Shown here piece by piece: positions 1-12,487 of a DNA stretch of 64,000 bases. Within the stretch, counting starts at the first letter, position 1. Each line of letters opens with the position of its first letter. The stretch comes from Leucoraja erinacea. Lineage: Eukaryota. A program made the position numbers and the translations under genes. The stretch spans positions 44,764,001-44,828,000 of the forward strand of contig NC_073391.1 of assembly GCF_028641065.1 (NCBI RefSeq), read 5' to 3'. Below the pieces are notes generated by a model. The model did not search any database. It saw nothing but the letters and a program-made list of their open reading frames with translations, and was not told the DNA's origin.

Positions 1-109
1 CAAGCGCGTGTTTCCCTGATTACGGGTTATAATGAACGACGAAAGATGTCATATGTATCTCGTTTTATATAAACAACGTGTCGCAGTCACTCGGCGCATC
101 AGGTGGCAT

Positions 110-300
110 CTCTGGAGGACATAGGGAGGCGACGTTTCAGGTCGGGACCCTCTTTCGTCATTCTTCAGAAGAAGGGTCCTGACCACAAATGTCGTTTATC
201 AATGTCCTCAGCTGCAAAACCTCATTCCAACACTTGTGCTCTGCTGAAAATTCTGGAATCTGCCGTTCCTTATGTCTCTGTATCTCATTTCATGCCATTT
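110..300. mobile_element. Penelope-like element (PLE) terminal-repeat fragments, head-to-head pair
   Basis: Degenerate CTGAAGA..GGGTC.CGACC.GAAACGTC motif on both strands; same family as the copy at 45545-45830. Confidence 0.55.
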
Positions 301-874
301 AACTGAACAACCACAGACATTACCAGTATCAGTATTGTGATCACCAGACATTTGAACTGCAAATCTGGGCTGACGCTCCGAGGTTCGAGTGATTATGCTG
401 ATGTTTTATGATCTGTATACTCACAGTGAAGGACATTCTTTCCACGATCTCCCCGTCCTCGCCGTTCCCCAAGTTTTTTTTTAGGGAAAGTGACGCTGTA
501 AAAGCCGCTCTTCTTTAGAAGAGATCCCAATTTAAATCTCGCGCCGCTATTGCGTTCAAGTACAAGTTCAAGTTCAAGTGAGTTTATTGTCATGTGTCCC
601 TGTATAGGACAATGAAATTCTTCTTTTGCTTCAGCACACAGAACATAGTAGGCATTGACTACAAAACAGATAAGTGTGTCCATATATTATAATGTATTAT
701 TATGCTCTTTCTATAAACCTATAACCTTATAGGTAGACCTATAACCTTGGAAATAAATATTACATTATGAAGTATTTGGTCTTCAACGGTGGCTGCGGAT
801 AGAGATGGCGGCGGGGGGACGAATGATGCAGAATTACGTAACCGATTCATTGCATTTTTTTTAATATACTCTAG

Positions 875-1782
875 GTAACTTGGTGACTATTGTGATCCTG
901 TCCCGCGGAAGGTGCGGTCTCTCTAGTTGCATCACTCGATACTTGGTGGGCATGGCGGTGACAGATCTCCTGGTCCTCATCACGGCGGTGATATTCCAGA
1001 GAATTAGCTTGTTATATTTCCCGGTTGTTTCCTTCCAGACCACACCAGTGTGCAGCCTCAGAGTGGTTCTAATATTTGCAACCAGGGACAGCTCGGTTTG
1101 GTTAACGGTGGCCTTCACCTTCGATCGATTTGTTTCCATTTGTTGCCCGAAACTGAAGTCAAAGTACTGCAGGAAGGAAACTGCGGCTGTCGTTGTTGGA
1201 GTGATATGTGCCCTGTGTTCCGTGAAAAACATCCCCATGTACTTTGCGCTTGAACCTTTATACATAGTTAACAATGTGCCATGGTACTGCAATTTACGAT
1301 CAAGCTTTTATTCTAATATTGTATGGACTGCGTATAATTATATCGACCATATCTTAACTCCGTGCGCCCCATTCCTCCTGATGTTACTGCTCAACGCGCT
1401 TACCGTCAGACACATTCTGGCAGCGAACAGAGCTCGCAAGAGACTCCGCGTCCAGAGCAACGGAACTAAGCAGAGTGACCCCGAGGTGGAGAGCCGAAGA
1501 AAGTCCATTGTTTTACTCTTCACTATTTCAGGAAGTTTCCTTGTGCTGTGGGCAGCATATGTCGTAAACTTTTTATACGTGCGATTCACAAAAAGTAATT
1601 ATTCGACTGGAACCAATTCCAATACCCCGAGGTTCATCTTCCAGGAAAGCGGAGTCATGTTGCAACTTCTTAGTTGCTGCACAAACACGTGTATTTATGC
1701 AGGCACGCAGAGGAGGTTCAGAGAGGAATTCAAAAACGGGTTGAAATACCCGTTGAAACTGATCATTGGAAAGAAAATCTAA
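875..1782 (+). CDS. Orphan class A GPCR, GPR139/GPR142-like (chondrichthyan-expanded family), large coding exon; first exon not identified
   Basis: Intact ~300-aa frame with hydrophobic helices, a DRF motif (AFTFDRFVSICC) and a TM7 NTCIY motif. Pyrimidine tract plus AG acceptor at 873-874 gives phase-1 entry into (G)NLVTIVILSRGRCGLS. Stop TAA at 1780-1782. Confidence 0.85.
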
Positions 1783-1897
1783 GGAAGTAGGAAGTAGGAA
1801 GTAGGACGTTTACCGCCCGGGTCGTTTCGTTATCTACCTGTGTTCCGACTTCCTTCGTGAGATCCAAATTGGAGATCGTCTTTGTTCAGGGCACATG

Positions 1898-2125
1898 TAG
1901 AAACATAGAAACATAGAAACTAGGTGCAGGAATAGGCCATTCTGCCCTTCGAGCCTGCACCGTCATTCAATATGATCATGGCTGATCATCCAACTCAGTA
2001 TCCTGTACCTGCCTTCTCTCCATAGCCCCTGATCCCTTTAGCCACAAGGGCCACATCTAACTCCCTCTTAAATATAGGCAATGAACTGGCCTCTGCTGCC
2101 TTCTGTGGCCGAGAATTCCAGAGAT
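1898..2125 (-). mobile_element. CR1 LINE 3' end with (ATAGAAAC)n tail
   Basis: Tail repeat plus a 3' UTR shared with more than 10 copies in the window. Confidence 0.85.
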
Positions 2126-2394
2126 TGTATACTCCATTCAGACAGTACCCATGGGATCTGCTTATCCATACTGTTTTTTTTTTAACACAGCCGATGGCAA
2201 TTATATCAAAGTTCTTAAATCCTTCCGTGAAAATGGTGAAAACTGTTATTCATATTTGAACAAGTTACAATGGTCGAGGATCACTATGACCCGAGGTAGA
2301 CCTATAATCTTGGAAATAAATATTACATTGTGAAATATTCTGGCCTAGTCTTTGGTCTTTGCTGGTTAATTAATTTAAACAACAAACACACACA

Positions 2395-2535
2395 GAAGTT
2401 TGAAGAAAGGTCCCGACCCGGAACGTCACCTATCCACGTCCTACATAAATGTCGTCCGACCCGCTGAAATGTCGTCCGATCCAGCTCTCTGCGTCTTAGC
2501 TGTGGAAACCAGCATCTGCAGTTCCTTGTTTCTTA
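2395..2535 (+). mobile_element. PLE terminal-repeat fragment
   Basis: TGAAGAAAGGTCCCGACCCGGAACGTCACC and ...CAGCATCTGCAGTTCC. Confidence 0.55.
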
Positions 2536-3466
2536 ACAAAATCTGAGCACCCTATTAAAACTAGGCCAAGCTGGCGAGGGCACGTATCCGGAAATAATGT
2601 TCATCGGTAACGCGCAGGATTTCCCAAATTTCACCCATAACAGGATGTGGGTGCTTGATGAGAAATGATATTACCTGGTTCACGATGGGACTTTTTTAGG
2701 TCAACAATATTCCGGATCTGAAGGATGGCTAAGGTGCTGGGGGGGGAGTGGCAGTGAAGGGGTAGTCGTGGTGGAAGATGGGTAGGGTGATCCCTAAGAT
2801 GGGCGGTATGTGTGTGTGGGGGGGTGGGGGGTGGGGGGGGGCGGTCGTAATCTTGTGCGCTGTATCATCATTAGGAGCAAACGATGACAAAATTCAGCAT
2901 GTACAATGTACGTTTTACACCCAGGGTTTTCAGGTATTTCGGCGTCGAAATCAGCCACTAACAAGGCAATCGAATGGAAAGTTGAAACATAATAGGCGGC
3001 GAGGGGAGCAGAATAAATAATCAGAAACATACTTCGCATAATACTCGCACGTCGAACCACTTCCTCCACTCCGGCCATTTACCAAGATCAGTTTCCATGT
3101 ATAAATTTAATGTCAGTCGTCCCCCCCCCCCCCCCCCCCCCCCCCCTCCCTTCATATTCCTCTATAAATAACATCGATTTAGTTCAGGCGATGCATCGCT
3201 AGAATGTGCTTCACGGAACTGGCCACGATCGATTGCTACGAAGTATTGCACGGAAAGTATGCGAGACACCACAAGGCCATCTAAACTGAGCCTAACACAT
3301 CCAAAGTTGAGATCAATTGAAGACAAATATCTCGATGTTGCACAACTTACCTTCAACTTTAAGGATCGACTCTATATTTCCATTAAACGTGCGAAATTTT
3401 CGAATTCACAAAAGTATTCGTTTAACACGTTCGGAGACGCAGGAACGTGCAGATGTTACACAGATA

Positions 3467-3872
3467 CATCGAAAATAGGTGCAGGAATAAGCCATTCGGC
3501 CCTTCGAGACGTCATTCAATGTGATCTTGGCTGATCATCCATAATTAGTACCCCGTTCCTGGGTTCCCCCGAATCCCTTGATTCCGCTAGCCCTAAGAGC
3601 TCTATCGAACTCTCTTTTGAATGCATGCAGCGAGTCGGCATTCTGAGGCAGAGAATTCCAAAAATTTACAACTTTCTGGGTGAAACGATTTTTCCTCATC
3701 TCAGTTCTAAATGCCCTAACTCTTATTCTTAAACCGTGGCCCCCAACATCGGGAACATGTTTCCTGCATCTAGCGTGGCCAATCCCTTCATAATGTTATA
3801 TGTTTCCATAAGACCCTCTCCCATCCTTCGAAATTTCACTGCATGCGCGCCCAGTCGTTCTATTCTTTCATC
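3467..3872 (-). mobile_element. CR1 LINE 3' fragment (diverged)
   Basis: Similarity to the other CR1 3' ends in the window. Confidence 0.75.
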
Positions 3873-3906
3873 TCTGGGATGAAGATCATAAGTTCAACCA
3901 ACCTCA

Positions 3907-5207
3907 ATGTCCACCAGTGTGTGCACGCAGGGGAGATTCACCTGCTCTGTTTGTGAGAAGGGATACATTCTGTCCTCCCACCTGCTGAGGCATCAGCTTG
4001 TTCACACTGATCAGATACCTTTTAACTGCTTTGACTGTGAGAAGAGCTTCAAGCACAGAAGCGATTTACAGAGGCACCTACGTACTCACACCTGGCAAGG
4101 CCGTTGGTCAGCTCTGTATGTGGAAAGCAATGTGCCCTGTCGTCCTACCTACCCACCTTCTTATCAACTCACTATCAACTCACTCACACTGGAGAGAGGC
4201 GATTTACTTGTTCAACGTGTTGGAAGAGATTCGCACAGTCATCCACGAGGTGTGCCGGCGCGACTCAGTGTTGCAGCGGCCCCTTCAGCCTGTCTAGTTC
4301 AGTGTAGTTGTCCGTGTGTAGTTGTTCGTGTTTTTTTAATACTGTTTTTAACTGTGTATATGTGGGGGGCGGGGGGGAGCGGAAAACTTAAAAAAAAATC
4401 TTTCCCTGCACGGGAGACCCGACCTTTTCCTGTCGGGTCTCCGTTGGCGTTGGGGCCTAGCACCGTGGAGCGGCCACGGAGCGGCCTCCAGCCGGAACGA
4501 CCTGGACTTCTCACCATCGTGGTGAGCTGTGGACCGACCTCGACTACTTACCAGCGGAGCTGTGGAATACTCACCATCGTGGGGAGCGGTGGTGACTCGC
4601 TGCTGCGACTCGACCCCGGTGCTCGGAGGCTCCAGCTGCAGCCGCAGGTCCGGTGGACTGGAATATCGGGAGCTCGCGGGTCCGGGTGGCGACCGCTTTT
4701 CGGCGCTCCCGCAACGCGACTTCTCCCGCCCGTGTCGCGGAGTTGCAACGACCCGCAGCGGGGCGTGCATCGCCAGGCGCGGCTTTAATGGCCGCGGGAT
4801 ATTCCAACTCCGACCGGGGGCTCCAACTTTGTGACTTTTAGATCTGGAGCGGGGCCGTACATCGCCCGGCGCGGCCTAAAATGGCCGGAGGACTCACTAT
4901 CGCCTGCCTGGGGCTTCAACATCGGGAGAAAAATGGTGCAGGGGAGAGAAAAGACTTTGCTTTCCATCACAGTGAGGAGGAGATTCACTATGATGGATAT
5001 TTGTGTAAATTGAATTGTTTGTATGTCTTGTAGGAATTGTCTCTGTTTGTATGGCTGTGGAAATTAAGTTTCGTTTAAGCCTTACTGAGGTTCAAATGAC
5101 ATGTAATAAATATTCAATATTCAATATTCAATTAAATTCAATTTAATTCAATTCAATATTCAATTCAATTCACCAACTTACTCACACTGGAGAGTAACCG
5201 TTTGAAC
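3907..5207 (+). pseudogene. C2H2 (Kruppel-type) zinc-finger relic, frameshifted and interrupted by an insertion
   Basis: CSVCEKGY..HQLVHT, CFDCEKSF..HLRTHT, CSVCGK and HTGERRFTCSTCWKRFAQSS lie in shifting frames. The finger resumes as HQLTHTGE*PF at ~5171-5203 after a ~0.9-kb insertion. Confidence 0.75.
4248..5170 (+). mobile_element. Unclassified GC/CpG-rich interspersed element ending in AATAAA plus an (AATATTC/AATTC)n tail
   Basis: Splits a zinc finger. The short tandem tail resembles a non-LTR retroelement 3' end. Confidence 0.5.
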
Positions 5208-5589
5208 ATTGCTGTTCACAGACGCTCTTCATCCAATCTGACTGAGCTTGTGCGATTTTGCAAAGAAGAATGGGCAAACATTTCAGTCTGTAGATGTGCA
5301 AAGCTGGTAGAGACATACCCCAAAAGACTTGCAGCTGTAATTGCAACAAAAGGTGGTTCTACAAAGTATTGACTCAGGGGGGCTGAATACTTTTGCACGC
5401 CACACTTTTCAGTTTTTTATTTGTAAAATGTTTGAAAACCGTGTATCATTTTCCTTCCACTTCACAATTATGCACCACTTTGTGTTGGTCTATCTCATAA
5501 AATCCCAATAAAATACATTTACGCTTGTGGTTGTAACGTGACAAAATGTGAAAAAGTTCAAGGGTTATGAATACTTTTGCAAGCCACTG
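5202..5589 (+). mobile_element. Tc1 transposon 3' fragment (transposase end plus right TIR)
   Basis: Close similarity to 32020-32402; ends in GCAAGCCACTG. Confidence 0.9.
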
Positions 5590-5934
5590 CAGATCGGCCA
5601 TGATTGAATGGCGCAGTAGACTTGTTCGGTCAAATGGCCTATTCTGCTCCGATCACTTATCACTCATGATGCTGGAATCTGGGGCAACAATAATCTGCTG
5701 CAGAAAGTCCGTGGGTTGCGCTGCATCTGTGGGGGGTATTGGAATTGTTGACATTTCAGGTTGAAACCCAGTATTGAGACGGAGTGAAGAGGAAATATAG
5801 CTAGTATAAAGGGGAGAATGGGGGCGGTGAGACAGGACAAATTGGGTTAATTATGAAATAGAGCATGAAAGAAAGCTTGAAGGAATATTATAACTGATTG
5901 TAAAATAGATAAGCGAGGAGGAAACGATTAGTGA

Positions 5935-7702
5935 AGACAAATGTGGGTTTCTTAGTCAGAAGCAGGTGAATTCATAATGGGGAACAATGAAATGGCAGAC
6001 AAGTTAAACTTTGTTTCTGTCTTCACTACTAAGACACAAACAATCTCCCAGAAATAGTAGGGGACCGAGGATCTAGTGGGAGGGGGGAGCTGAAGGGAAT
6101 CCATATTAGTCAGAAAATGGCTAGGGACATTTTTGGGACTGAAGGCAAATAACTCCCCAGGGCCTGATGGTCTGCATCGCGGGTTGCTCAAGGAGGCGGC
6201 ACTCGAAATCGTGGATGCATTGGTGATCATTTTCCAATTTTCTATAGATTCAGGATCATTTCGACTGGAGTGTCCCTAATGTAACCCCACTTTTTCAGAA
6301 AGGAGGGAGAGAGAAACGGTAAATTATAGACCAGTTAGCCTGACGTCGGTGGTGGGGAAGATGCTTGACTCAATTGTTAAAGATGTGATAGCAGCGTGTT
6401 TGGAAAGCAGTTACAGGATCTGTCAAAGTCAGCATGGATTTATGAAGCGGAAATCATGCTTGACTAATCTTCTGGGAATTTTTTAGGATTTAACAGGCAG
6501 AATAGATAAGAGAGATCCAGTGGGTGTGATATATCTGGACTTTCAAAAAGCCTTTGGCGGCCCTACACAAGAGATTAGTGTATAAAATTAGAGAACATGG
6601 TATTGGTGGTCAGGTCATAGTCTGGTTGGCAGACAGGAAGCATTGAGTAGCAGTTAACGGGTCCTTTTCAGAATGGCAGGCAGTGGCTAGTGGGGTGCTG
6701 TAAGACTCAGTGCTGGGACCCCTGTTATTTACAATATATATTAACGATTTAGATGGAGGAATTAAATATAACATCCCTAAGTTTGCGATGACACAAAGCT
6801 GTGTGACAGCGTTAGCTGCGAGGAGGATGCTATGAAGCTGCAAGGTGACGTGGATAGTTTGTGTGAGTGGGCATGGCAGATGCAGTACAATGTGGGTAAA
6901 TGTGAAGTTATCCACTTTGGTGGCAAGAACAAGAAGGCAGATTATTATCCGAATGGTATCAGATTAGGAAAAGGGGAGGTGCAACGAGACCCAGGTGTGC
7001 TTGTACATCTGTCACTGAAAGCATGCAGGTACAGCGGGCAGTGGAGAAAACAAAGGGCATGTTGGCCTTCATAGTTGGAGGAGTTGAGTTTAGGAGCAAG
7101 GAAGTCCAACTGCAGTTGTACAGGGGCCTTGTGAAACCACACCTGGAGTATTGTGTGCAGTTTTGGTCTCCTAATTTGAGGAAGGACATTCTTGCTATTG
7201 ATGGAGTGCAGCGTAGATTCACCAGGTTAATTCCCGGGATGGCGGGACTGACATATGATGAAAAAATGGATCGACTGGACATATTTATTGGAATTATGAA
7301 GGATGAGAGGGTGTCTTATAGAAACATATAAATTATTAAGGGATTGGACTGTCAAGATGCAGGAAAAATGTTCCCGATGTTGGGGGAGTCCAGAACCAGG
7401 GATCACAGTTTAAGAATAAGGGGTAAGCCATTTAAGACTGAGATGAGAAAAAACCTTTTCATCCAGAGATTTATGAATCTGTCGAATTCTCTACCGGAGA
7501 AGACAGTGGAGGCCAATTCACTGCATGTTTTCAAAAGAGAGTTAGATATAGCTCATAGGGCTAACGAAATCAAGAGGTATGGGGAGAAAGAATGAACGGG
7601 GTACTGACTTAGGTTGATTAGCCATAATCATATTGAATGTCGGTGCTGGCTCGAAGGGCTGAATGGCCTATTCAAGCACCTGTTTTCTTTGTTTCTATGT
7701 TT
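5935..7702 (+). mobile_element. CR1 LINE ORF2 (reverse transcriptase) fragment to 3' tail, degenerate
   Basis: RT motifs (DFQKAF, SGV.QGSVLGP, HLEYCVQFWSP) broken by frameshifts. Confidence 0.9.
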
Positions 7703-8859
7703 CAATGACCCGAAACTTGACCCATCATTTTTCTACAGGGACACTGCCCGACCCGCTGAGTATTCCAGCACGTTGTGTCTATCCCTACAAATAAGGTACA
7801 TTCCCCATCTCCCAATGGACCTCGCGGTAAACCTTGCGTTTCACTGGTCTCCGCTTTCTCTGTAGCTGTAACTCTATATTCTGTTTTAAGATGTCTTACT
7901 GCCCAGAGCAAGGAAGGTTGGAAATATTTCGTAAACATTTACATATACGTTTCAACAAGATTAATAAAAATTAACTATTCATTTGTGGATAGTAAAAAAT
8001 ACCGAACTGGGCGGGGGTTGCAATCATTTACGGGAATGCATGAAACGTTCATGGCAGATTAGGCGAAAACGTCTTCTGCACAGTTACAGGCCACACGGTG
8101 GCGCTGCTAGAAGACCCACTGCCTCGCAGCGCAAGGGAGTTCGATGCTGATCTGCGCTGCAGCTTGTGCTGTGAGCGTGTGGGTTTGCCCCGATTCCGTT
8201 TTCTCCCACTTCTTGAAGTCGTTTAGCTTGCGCTATGAATTACCTGTATGGTGTAGGTGAGTGGTAGACTCCTTTAGGTTCAGATTTTGGGCTAATATTG
8301 TCACGTGTACCGCGGAACACGGAAAAGCTTAATGTTCAGTATCTGATTTTGGTTATTAGTCCAATGTAATTAATGTAGCAGGTAATTTGTGGTAAGTGAA
8401 CTTTAAGACACAACAATGAGCCAATCGCGGAATATTGCGCTTATTTTAAAGATTTTTCCCCCTTCATAACAACCCCCTAAATACACCATGCCTGGCCATA
8501 CAGTAGCTACAGTACTGGAGTTCCAGAAAAGGATTATGTTCATAAATCTTTGTAATGGGAATTGAAACCAGGTCCCATCTGACTCCGTTGGGAGGAGGTA
8601 CCGCGACGAAGAAGTTAGCGACAGCCCGTCTATGGGGTATTGTGGCTGATTGAGCAACTCCTGGACTGCACGTCTCTTTTTATGGATGTTTTGGCTCCGT
8701 GCAAAGTGAGTCGTGAATTGCCCAAGATCTTTGTGTTAGAATGCTCAACGAAGCCCCCGCAATATGTTGTCAGTGTAAACAGGTCCGTCCACTAAAATAG
8801 ATCACTAGTCTTCCTCTACGGCAATTAATCAGCAGATTAGCATATAGAGGCCACGAGAT

Positions 8860-9146
8860 CCACGGCAATTGGCAAATATGATCGAAATAGGCTTAGCTTT
8901 CGGACTGCGAGGGTGATAATAGAGTTCCATGTGATTAATGGAGAAGGCTGAGGGATGAACTGATGGGGATGTACAAAATTATGTAGGGTACGGGTATATT
9001 AGAGATTATTGAATATTGCCCCATATTCACGTGGAATTGGTTGAAGATGAGAAATGAAAGTTTCAGAGGAAGTCTTTACGCGGAGGACAGCTGGAATTTG
9101 GAATGCACTGCTTGAGAGAATAGTGGATGCAGAGGCTGCCACCATA
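8860..9146 (+). mobile_element. Old CR1-like 3' fragment
   Basis: Degenerate similarity to the RT C-terminus (RLR.DL...YKIM; VWN.L). Confidence 0.55.
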
Positions 9147-9659
9147 TAGAAACATAAAAACATAGAAACATAGAAATAGGTGCAGGAGTAGGCCATTCGG
9201 CCCTTCGAGCCTGCACCGCCATTCAATATGATCATGGCTGATCATCCAACTCAGTATCCTGTTCCTGCCTTCTCTCCATACCCCCTGATCCCTTTAGCCA
9301 CAAGGGCCACATCTAACTCCCTCTTGAATATAGCCAATGAACTGGCCTCAACTACCTTCTGCGGCAGAGAATTCCAGAGATTCACCACTCTCTGTGTGAT
9401 AAAGGGTTTTCCTCATCTCGGGCCTAAAAGATTGCCCGCTTATCCTTAAACTGACCCCTTGTTCTGGACTTCCCCAACATCGGGAAACAATCTTCCTGCA
9501 TGTAGCCTGTCCAATCCCTTAAGAATTTTGTACGTTTCTATAAGATGGGGATCTTCTAAATCTTCTAAATTCTAGCGAATACAAACCGAGTCTATCCAGT
9601 CTTTCTTCACATGAAAGTCCTGACATCCCAGGAATCAGTCTGGTGAACCTTCTCGGTAC
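9145..9659 (-). mobile_element. CR1 3' portion, split by a hAT-like insertion (continues at 12179)
   Basis: Sequence stops at GTGAACCTTCTCGGTAC and resumes as CTCTGTACTCCCTCTATGGC at 12179. Confidence 0.85.
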
Positions 9660-10471
9660 CAAAGATCCTAGAGGAGCAAGATAGACCACTCCTCGAAAAA
9701 CGCGTAGTATGACGTGTGTGATCATCGACGCCATTTTTCGAGGCATTTATTGAGCTTCCCCCACACTGTCATGGCGTCCTTATCTAAAGTTCACCTCACT
9801 GCTCTGCTATCAAGTATTCTAATCGTAAATCTAAACGACCCAACCTGTCATTCTTTAGGTTCCCCAATAAAAAAGAAAGGTGAGAATTTTTTTTATTATT
9901 TTCAGTCGATATTCTGTCGTGAAAATGTTATTTTCTGTTCTCCCATCAACGGCCATTGGGAAACTGGGTTTGTCGGTACATTAAAGTTATTAGACTTATT
10001 TTTAATAGTTCTTTACTCACCACAATAATAAAGACAATTTTAACACTTCTGTACGTTTTTGGTTTTGTAAGGGATTGGTCTCCACAATATGGCCCGCGGA
10101 CACATTAGGTCCAGTGACCAGGAGATTTTTCGAGCTCAGATTCAAGTCCGAGAATGGGCGGCTGTTACCCATTATATTCCTCGAACATAGGGACATAGCA
10201 AACAACACTCACATTCATACAAGACATCACAAGCAAAGATCACAAGCCCGCTGTGAAGAAGGGTGCAATCAAATATTATATAACTCTGCTCTATCATCTT
10301 TGGGTGCAATGGTGGGTCGGGGGGTTAGGCAGCGGCGGCCGCAATCAAAGATACTAGTGGAGCTCTGCTCTATAATCTTTGGTCGGAATGGGACGACTGC
10401 GCGTTATAATGTGCTATCGTTCCACTCTCCCTCTCCCCCTTCTCCCTCTCACCCTTGTCCCTGTCCCCTCG

Positions 10472-11430
10472 ACTACCCTCTGTGGCAGAGAGTTCCAGAG
10501 ATTCACCACTCTGTGTGAAAAAGGTTCTTCTCATCTCGGTTTTAAAGGATTTCCCCCTTATCCTTAAGCTGTGACCCCTTGTCCTGGACTTCCCCAACAT
10601 CGGGAGCTATCTTCCTGCATCTAGTCTGTCCAACCCCTTAAGAATTTTGTAAGTTTCTATAAGATCCCCTCTCAATCTCCTAAATTCTAGAGAGTATAAA
10701 CCAAGTGTATCCAGTCTTTCTTCATAAGACAGTCCTGACATCCCAGGAATCAGTCTGGTGAACCTTCTATGCACTCCCTCTATGGCAATAATGTCCTTCC
10801 TCAGATTTGGAGACCAAAACTGTACGCAATACTCCAGGTGTGGTCTCACCAAGACCCTGTACAACTGCAGTAGAACCTCCCTGCTCCTATACTCAAATCC
10901 TTTCGCTATGAAAGCTAACATACCATTCGCTTTCTTCACTGCCTGCTGCACCTGCATGCCTACTTTCAATGACTGGTGTACCATGACACCCAGGTCTCGC
11001 TGCATCTCCCTTTTTCCTAGTCGGCCGCAATTTAGATAATAGTCTGCTTTCCTGTTTTTGCCACCAAAATGGATAACCTCACATTTATCCACATTATACG
11101 GCATCTGCCAAACATTTGCCCACTCACCCAGCCTATCCAAGTCACCTTGCAGTCTCCTAGCATCCTCCTCACAGCTAACACTGCCCCCCAGCTTAGTGTC
11201 ATCCGCAAACTTGGAGATATTGCCTTCAATTCCCTCATCCAGATCATTAATATATATTGTAAATAGCTGGGGTCCCAGCACTGAGCCTTGCGGTACCCCA
11301 CTAGTCACTGCCTGCCTAATGAAGAACTCGACCATATTATGGTCACTCTTGCCCAAGGGGGCACGTACAACAAGATTGCTAACTAACCCTTCCTCATTAC
11401 TCAATACCCAGTCTAAAATAGCCTGCTCTC
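10472..11430 (-). mobile_element. Young CR1 ORF2 fragment nested in the hAT-like element
   Basis: ORF 10607-11404 contains [18 protein letters not shown] and HLEYCVQFWSP, with an internal deletion. Confidence 0.9.
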
Positions 11431-11449
11431 TCGTTGGTTCCTCTACATG

Positions 11450-11590
11450 TTAATCATATGTATAAATATATACGTATGTGTATATATATGCATGCATGTG
11501 TATATATGCATGTATATGTATATGTGTGTATATATGTATGTATATATATGTTTATATGTGTGTATGTATGCATATAAATGTATCCATATG
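11450..11590. repeat. (TA/TG)n microsatellite next to the assembly gap at 11591-11732
   Basis: Seen directly. Confidence 0.95.
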
Positions 11591-12178
11591 NNNNNNNNNN
11601 NNNNNNNNNNNNNNNNNNNNNNNNNNNNNNNNNNNNNNNNNNNNNNNNNNNNNNNNNNNNNNNNNNNNNNNNNNNNNNNNNNNNNNNNNNNNNNNNNNNN
11701 NNNNNNNNNNNNNNNNNNNNNNNNNNNNNNNNATATATAATTGCCTTTATGGTTTATGTATATCATCTTACAAGACAAATAAATTAATAGTGATTATTTA
11801 AATCAAAGTTGCTTCTGATCCATGAGAATAAACTTAACTATCTCTAACTTGCCTCTCACACACAGACACACATTCATATAAATATATATAATATGTATAC
11901 GTTAAATTTAATTTTGTGCAGTGTGTGTTAAAGCAATATAATGCAAGGGAAACTACGCAAAGGAGGGGACTGTTCCCTCTAGAAGATACTCGAGGATCTT
12001 TGCTTTGGATCAAAGATTATAGCGGAGCTCTATAATCTTTGCTTTGGATCACAGCGGGTGGCATACCGGAAGTCGCGTGTCGCATTGAAAAATGGCGGCC
12101 GTGACGTTCCGTCACGTACTACACGCTAGTCCATTGGATTTCGAAGGAGTGGTCTATCTTGCTCCTCTAGGATCTTTG

Positions 12179-12487
12179 CTCTGTACTCCCTCTATGGCAT
12201 GAATGTCTTTCCTCAGATTAGGAGACCAAAACTGTACGCAATACTCCAGATGTGTTCTCACCAAGACCCTGTACAACTGCAGTAGAACCTCCCTGCTCCT
12301 ATACTTAGTGAATGCTAACATACCATTTGCTTTCTTCACTGCCTGCTGCACCTGCATTCCTACTTTGAATGACTGGTGTACCATGACACGCACGTCTCGT
12401 TGCATCTCCCCTTTTCCTAATCGCCCACCATTCAGATAATAATCTACTTTCCTGTTTTGGCCACCAAAATGGATAACCTCACATTTT
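12179..12487 (-). mobile_element. Continuation of the CR1 copy split at 9659
   Basis: ORF 12154-12495 is RT-like. Confidence 0.85.

Larger units (their letters stand above)
9660..12178. mobile_element. Non-autonomous hAT-like DNA transposon (34-bp TIRs, 8-bp TSD)
   Basis: Perfect inverted repeats at 9660-9693 and 12145-12178 (CAAAGATCCTAGAGGAGCAAGATAGACCACTCCT). TSD ctcggtac (9652-9659) / ctctgtac (12179-12186). No transposase seen. Confidence 0.8.

Noticed and set aside
2794-3078. Hydrophobic minus-strand ORF (94 aa)
   Set aside because: No recognisable family, and it ends in a poly-G-derived run.
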